Source of the DNA: Mantamonas sphyraenae STR306
Lineage: Eukaryota > Protista > CRuMs
Length of the DNA: 64,000 nt
NCBI GenBank assembly: GCA_026936335.1
Contig: JAPMXV010000017.1
Location: forward strand, 62,001 to 126,000
Direction of reading: 5' to 3'
Position numbers and translations under genes: made by a program. The notes under the pieces are model-generated. The model searched no databases, had not been told where the DNA came from, and was given only the letters and a program-made list of their open reading frames with translations. Every line of letters begins with the position of its first letter. Position 1 is the stretch's first letter. Below, piece after piece: positions 58,832 through 64,000 of this stretch.

Positions 58832-61800
58832 TCACATCGACAGCTGGCCCAGCTGCTGCTGTCGCTTCAACTCGGCAATCTCCACCAGGAGCTCACGCAT
58901 GAGCTCGGCCATTGTGGGCGGAGCAACATTGCTCAGCACGGCCTCACGGATGAGGTGCAGGTTCGTGCGTGCCTCCTCCATGTCCAGGGAGCCCAGCTCG
59001 ACGTCAAAGTCGATCGAGTTGAGCACGTTGCGCACAAACGGGGCCAGGTACGGGTACAGCGTGCACTTGGTTTCGCACACCTGACGCACGAGCTTGACAA
59101 AGTGCACTCCACGCGTGGTGTTTGCAAGCAGCCTGTCCTGACGCAGACGTTTGAACACTGTGGTCAACACGCGTGGCCAGTGTGCCTGCAAATGAGAGTC
59201 GCCGCGTGCCAGCATGACCCGGAAGGCAACCATGGCCTGCGAGCCCACCAGCGGGCTGACGCTCTGTTTGCTGGACAGGTTGAGACCGGGCATGACGGCG
59301 TTCATCAGCCAGCCCCAATGCACCAGCGCACTACGCTTGCTCAGCTCGGAGCGCGAGCCCAGCTGCAGACTCATGGGCAGCACCAGGTGTTGCAGCAGCG
59401 ACGAGTAGCTGCGATCCTGCACATCCAACACGTCCCACTCGTACAGCACCTCTTCCGTGAAGCGCATCATCTCCTCAAACAGCTGCACCACCGAGAACCG
59501 CAGCGCCGTGTGCGCCGTCTGCGTCAGCATAAGCCCCACCAACACCGGCACCACGCGCGCACGGTACAGTGGGATCAAATCCTCGTGATGGTCTTTCAGC
59601 AGGGCACGCAGCGCATCCGTGATCGGCGAGCAGTTTGTGTGGTGATACACCTCCACAAACCGCATTGTCTCTGCCAGCATCAATTTCAATGGCTGCACAC
59701 CCAGACCCAGCTTGCGTGCCATCGTGCCGTGTTCAATGTACTCGGCCACAAATTCCAGGTCTGCGTTCTGCCTCTTTGTGCTCGCAGCCACATTCAACCC
59801 CAACCCACGCAGGATCGCGTCGTCGCCTTCGTTGTCATCGTCGCCATCGTCCATCAGGTTCATCTCTGCGCCACTTGTGCTGGATCGTTTGCCTGCGGCA
59901 CGTGCCTTTGCGCGGCCCTCACGCACGAGCTGCGCAGCCGCAAACGCGCTGGCGCTCATTGGCGCTTCGATGGTGTCGCCCAGGTCCACGTTGAGCAGGT
60001 AGCCCATGAGAAGCGAGATGAGTTCAACCTGTTGCAGGTCCAGCGTGCCACCCTCGCGCAGGTGCACCGTCACAGAGCGTACCAGCGCCACCTTGGCGTC
60101 GAACGACACGTGTGCAAAGGGCTCCTTCACCACGGCCGAGTTGCGGTGGTTGCGCAGCTCGAACGAGTCCACCAGTGCACGCATGATGCGGTTGGTGATG
60201 GACGTCGCTTCTTGCGGGTCGTGGTCGACGCGTGTGCGAATCTCGGGCAGCAGAAAGGCAAGCGCCTCCAGGAATGGGCCACTGTGCTTGCTGGTGGGGT
60301 CGTACGCAACCACACTCACCAGCAGCTTCACCAGTTGCACCAGGTCGCACACCTGACTCAAAGTGTTGTCCTCCATCGAGCCACCCGTGATGCAGCATTC
60401 GCGCACGTGCAGTCGGTCGTACGAACGCTCGTGTGCAAGGCTGCCAAACAGCACAATCACTGTTTCCGCGTCCACATTGAATCGGTTCTGCTGGTTCTGC
60501 TTCGAAAAGGAGCTGAGCGACTGCAGAAGGAACGCGTCGCGGTGAAACTCCCAGAAGCAGCGGAACACGTACTCGATGCCAGAGCGCACCACGCGTCCAC
60601 GGTCTCCCAGCTCCAGTTGCAGCTGGTACAGGTGCACCATCGTCGGCAGGATCATGGAGTAGCCGTGGATGGCAAACGTCTGGTCAAAGTGCCTGATCAG
60701 ATCCACGTACAGCGCAAGGCACGCGCGCACAAGCCGGATGTCATTGCGCGAGTTGAGCAGCACAAAGTTGATCGCCTCCACCAGCTCCGGCGCCACACCG
60801 GCCTTTGACGGCAGCTCAGGGATCAGGTGACGCACAAACAGCAACCATGCCCAGCGACGCGACAGAAACAGGTCGCGTGTGCGCATGTCCAGGCGCGACT
60901 GCTCCACCTGTGCACGTCGGATGCTCTGGAGCATCATGTTGCGTGCACTCATGGCCAGCCGCTGGCTTTCGTTCGGGCTCACCTTGAGCACCTCGGTCAC
61001 AAAGCTCACTTTCGTGTCGTGGCTCATGGCCTTCAGATACGCCAGCGGCACCACACCTCCGTGCTTGTTCTGCTTGCCCATGTTGCGCATCAGGCCCAGC
61101 GCTGCGTTCATGCCATCCAGCGACACGTTCCCACCCCCGCTGGCCGAGCGTGTCAGAGACAGCGGAGCCGACGAGCGTCCGTCGTGCGACGACGGGGACA
61201 CAGACGTACGCACGGCCGACGACGATGACGAAGAGGATGAAATCGAAGGTGGCATACCCACTCCAGGAGCAAACCGTCCGCCGCCACTGCCCTTTGGCGA
61301 CGAAGGAACATCCAACCCTGTGCCAGCACCTGCCAGCGACGACAACGCAGTGCCCAGAATGGCACCAAACGCGTCGCCCGAGCCGTGCACGTGGCCAGCC
61401 GCGGCAGCCGATGTTGCGCCGTGCAAAACGCTGCCGTCGCCCAGCACCATGTGCGCCAGGGTGCTCATGTCGTACTCACCCAACCCATGCGCTTGGTGCG
61501 CAAACAGGTGTGCATCGACCTCGGGCAGCATGATGGTGCCCTGAAAGTGTCGCAGGGTGTGGATTTCAAATCCCTGCAGCGATTGCACGAGAGACACCAG
61601 CAGCGGCGCCACGCATGCGATTTGTTGGTTGTACTCGTGCGCCTCCAGGCGCGAGTTGACCAGCAGGCCGATGAGCAGGTTGAACATGAGAAAGGTGTAG
61701 TGTGGCGGCTGGCGGTGCAGGTGAAAGTGCAGCAGCGACAGGCGCGCAAGCATCTCGCGCTGATTGTACACCGGTTGCCGTCCCAGCTGGTCAAAGTAGA

Positions 61801-64000
61801 TGCGCAGCAGGTCACCCGGGCTGTCAGTGAGGTATGTGAGCAGTAGCTGGCGTGCCTCCAGGTACACCAGCATGTCGTCGTCCAGCAGCATGTCCAGCAG
61901 CGGAAACACAAAGACGCCCACCACCAGCGGCAGCTCGATGCCAATGCGTGTGCTGTGTGTCTGGTGGTCCGACGCAGTGATGGCCCGCTTCACAATACGC
62001 GAAATCAGCTTGTGGGCAATGTCTTGGATGGCAGAGGCTTCCTGAGAGCTGGAAATCGTAAAGTGCCGGGCGTGTGCCGACGTCTTGTGTTGCGACGCCT
62101 GGTGCTCATCCATGGCCTCTGCAATCTCCACGGCAATGTCGGCAAACAACGGCGGCGTCTGCACAATCTCGTCCTTGATGTTTGCCAGCGCCGTGCCAAT
62201 GGCCGTGGGCCTGAACAGCTGCGACGGATACGGACGGTCAAAGAACTTTTTGAACAGCTCGCTCAAGTACTGTCGCTCAGACCAGAAGCCCTGGAAGCGA
62301 TGCAGGGCGGCCAGGCGACGACGGCTCTTGGCGTGTTGCATGTCGGCGTACACAATGTCCTTTGCCTCCAAAGGAAGAGAGGCGCAGGCCATCATGAAGA
62401 GCACAGCTGCGTTGCGACGCACAGAGTGCAGCGAGTCATCAAGCATGTGCCATGCAATGGTGGCCACCTGGCGTGTGTTTTCCTCGGTCAGGCGCTGGGC
62501 AATCGATGACAGCAAATCGATGCATGCGTTGCGCAGCCTGTGCTTCAGACGCAGGCGGAATTGAGACAGGTTCTCCGCACCCATGTGTTCTGCACGCCCC
62601 TGCAACGAGCTACGATTGGCCAGGAAGCGCTTGAACGACGGAGTCGGACCCAGTTGCGACTCGGTGCGCGGCTTCAGATCCAGGCCCACCGAGATGTGCC
62701 ACTGCTGCAGCGAGCGGTGGTGCTCTGCGTGTTCAAACACAGCCGAGCGTTTTGTGCGTCCTTCTTGCTGCCGTGCGCGTCGGATGCTGCGCACAGACAC
62801 GTGCGTTTCTGGGTTGAACACGTCGTGAAACTCGTACACCGTCTTGAGGCCGTCGAATGCATTCTGGTCCGCTTCGGTGACCACAAAGCGGCGTGGCTTG
62901 AACGCACGTGGCGCTTCCATGGATTCGCTGGAGGAGGCGGATGAAGAAGACGCGCCGCCGCCGCCGCCGCCGCCGCTGCTCGTGCTCGTCGTTTCACTTT
63001 GCGACGGCGTGGGCACAAGTGATGTGGGGACGGTGGAGTGCAGCCACTCGATGACTTTGGGTACCCACTTTGTGTAGGACGATGTGCGTCGCCTGCGCTT
63101 GGTTGGGAGGACGTTGAAGATTTCAGCGAGCAGAAATGCGAGCAGGACCTGCTTGGTGGGCGGCAGCTGGGCATCGTTGGGCAGGATGGAAAAGTACAGC
63201 ACGAGTGCAGATTCCCAATGCAGCAGCAGGGACTTGTCGCGGTCCGAGAGGTGGTTGTAGATTTGGCCGTCGATTTCGTGTACAATTTCGCCGCATTCAT
63301 GCAGAAGGGCGAGCTGGCCTAGAGTGCAGGTTCGTTTCAGGGAAGCAATGAGCACTTCGCGCGGGAGCACCTCCATGGGGGACATGTACTCGCAGAGGAA
63401 GCGGAACTGGTCCATGCCTGCAGAGACAATCTGCGGGTCGTCGCTCTTGACGGCAATGAGCAGGGGGGTGAAGAACGCGGTCTGGTGGCACTCTTTGGCA
63501 CGCGCGAGGAACTGTCGCATGGTGGAGGCCAGTTCTTTGGGGATGGTGACGGTTGTGAGGACACCAAGCCAGGCCTTGAACGCACGCGGCAAGCACAGGT
63601 CGCCCAGGTAGGGCTTGCTGAGCAGGGTGTTGAAGATGGGCAGATACTGGAGCACAGTGCTGGTGCGGCCTTTCATGAGCACGACGTTTGTAAATTCGTC
63701 CGGATGTGCGGCGACGAGGTCGTGCAGCAGCTCAAACGCAGTCGTGCTGATGGTTTCGTTGGACGATACGATGAGGTGGGTGACCAAATCGATCATTTGC
63801 TCACTGTACAGGCCCGATGGCACGCGCTCGGCGTGGATTTTGGAGCGCAGCAGCGTGAGAATGTTGCTGATCAGCTGTTCGCTGGCGGTGGTGTTCAGTA
63901 CAAAGCTCATGGCAGCCATGAAGAGTTCGGGGTCGCCAGGCACCCAAATGGTGTCCTGTGTGTAATCCATCTGCTGCTGGACATTGACCGCGGCTCGGCC
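58832..64000 (-). CDS. UNC80: UNC80-like protein (NALCN channel complex subunit), 5' end beyond the window
   Basis: AAVLFMMAC..P....M.H....R..AL.RF..FW, FAIHGYSMILPTMV.LY, IEY....F...HR..F.LQ and VSVVAYDP.S....LEAL match UNC80 C-terminal blocks. The frame is open to the window edge. Confidence 0.8.
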   Translation of the reverse strand, partial: GRAAVNVQQQMDYTQDTIWVPGDPELFMAAMSFVLNTTASEQLISNILTLLRSKIHAERVPSGLYSEQMIDLVTHLIVSSNETISTTAFELLHDLVAAHPDEFTNVVLMKGRTSTVLQYLPIFNTLLSKPYLGDLCLPRAFKAWLGVLTTVTIPKELASTMRQFLARAKECHQTAFFTPLLIAVKSDDPQIVSAGMDQFRFLCEYMSPMEVLPREVLIASLKRTCTLGQLALLHECGEIVHEIDGQIYNHLSDRDKSLLLHWESALVLYFSILPNDAQLPPTKQVLLAFLLAEIFNVLPTKRRRRTSSYTKWVPKVIEWLHSTVPTSLVPTPSQSETTSTSSGGGGGGGASSSSASSSESMEAPRAFKPRRFVVTEADQNAFDGLKTVYEFHDVFNPETHVSVRSIRRARQQEGRTKRSAVFEHAEHHRSLQQWHISVGLDLKPRTESQLGPTPSFKRFLANRSSLQGRAEHMGAENLSQFRLRLKHRLRNACIDLLSSIAQRLTEENTRQVATIAWHMLDDSLHSVRRNAAVLFMMACASLPLEAKDIVYADMQHAKSRRRLAALHRFQGFWSERQYLSELFKKFFDRPYPSQLFRPTAIGTALANIKDEIVQTPPLFADIAVEIAEAMDEHQASQHKTSAHARHFTISSSQEASAIQDIAHKLISRIVKRAITASDHQTHSTRIGIELPLVVGVFVFPLLDMLLDDDMLVYLEARQLLLTYLTDSPGDLLRIYFDQLGRQPVYNQREMLARLSLLHFHLHRQPPHYTFLMFNLLIGLLVNSRLEAHEYNQQIACVAPLLVSLVQSLQGFEIHTLRHFQGTIMLPEVDAHLFAHQAHGLGEYDMSTLAHMVLGDGSVLHGATSAAAAGHVHGSGDAFGAILGTALSSLAGAGTGLDVPSSPKGSGGGRFAPGVGMPPSISSSSSSSSAVRTSVSPSSHDGRSSAPLSLTRSASGGGNVSLDGMNAALGLMRNMGKQNKHGGVVPLAYLKAMSHDTKVSFVTEVLKVSPNESQRLAMSARNMMLQSIRRAQVEQSRLDMRTRDLFLSRRWAWLLFVRHLIPELPSKAGVAPELVEAINFVLLNSRNDIRLVRACLALYVDLIRHFDQTFAIHGYSMILPTMVHLYQLQLELGDRGRVVRSGIEYVFRCFWEFHRDAFLLQSLSSFSKQNQQNRFNVDAETVIVLFGSLAHERSYDRLHVRECCITGGSMEDNTLSQVCDLVQLVKLLVSVVAYDPTSKHSGPFLEALAFLLPEIRTRVDHDPQEATSITNRIMRALVDSFELRNHRNSAVVKEPFAHVSFDAKVALVRSVTVHLREGGTLDLQQVELISLLMGYLLNVDLGDTIEAPMSASAFAAAQLVREGRAKARAAGKRSSTSGAEMNLMDDGDDDNEGDDAILRGLGLNVAASTKRQNADLEFVAEYIEHGTMARKLGLGVQPLKLMLAETMRFVEVYHHTNCSPITDALRALLKDHHEDLIPLYRARVVPVLVGLMLTQTAHTALRFSVVQLFEEMMRFTEEVLYEWDVLDVQDRSYSSLLQHLVLPMSLQLGSRSELSKRSALVHWGWLMNAVMPGLNLSSKQSVSPLVGSQAMVAFRVMLARGDSHLQAHWPRVLTTVFKRLRQDRLLANTTRGVHFVKLVRQVCETKCTLYPYLAPFVRNVLNSIDFDVELGSLDMEEARTNLHLIREAVLSNVAPPTMAELMRELLVEIAELKRQQQLGQLSM

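Noticed and set aside
1-64000. Alternative genetic code
   Set aside because: Conserved proteins translate correctly in the standard code, and TAA, TAG and TGA all occur at expected C-termini.
1-64000. CRISPR arrays, transposons, rRNA/tRNA genes, prokaryotic or viral origin
   Set aside because: No repeat-spacer arrays, transposase/RT motifs, terminal repeats or recognisable structural RNA were seen by eye. Spliceosomal introns and core eukaryotic genes indicate nuclear DNA. A covariance-model scan was not run.

Overview
Gene-dense, GC-rich eukaryotic nuclear DNA read in the standard code (TGA, TAG and TAA all end genes). Introns are short GT-AG type, about 64-350 nt, often CA/TG-rich. CFAP77, UNC80, NBAS and PHTF-like genes suggest a heterotrophic flagellated protist, but the taxon cannot be fixed from this window. 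About 22 protein genes are supported: two head-to-head paralogous coiled-coil proteins, an OGFr-domain protein, a secreted GH5-like/DUF5060 hydrolase, a uridine/NR kinase, an EF-hand + PHTF/7TMIC-like membrane protein, CorA, WDR7, PDS5, NBAS, a Ufd2-core/UBC fusion, a TVP15/18-like protein, NOL10, SKI2, TRAPPC1, DUF1764, NOL9, CFAP77, MED16, an EHD-like membrane GTPase, UNC80 (5'-truncated) and two orphans. Main findings: (1) an E4 (Ufd2) core whose U-box is replaced by a UIM-like motif plus a BIRC6-type E2 domain; (2) a BRCT domain inserted into NBAS; (3) an EF-hand-bearing PHTF/7TMIC-like protein; (4) extreme compaction, with bacterial-style ATGA stop/start overlaps and 34-62 bp divergent spacers sharing an AAACCC-like motif; (5) 7-8 single-base frameshifts in otherwise intact genes, most likely assembly indels although recoding is not excluded; (6) G/C strand-skew domains that ignore gene direction. 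All family assignments come from motifs recognised by eye; no database search was run, and splice sites are manual inferences.
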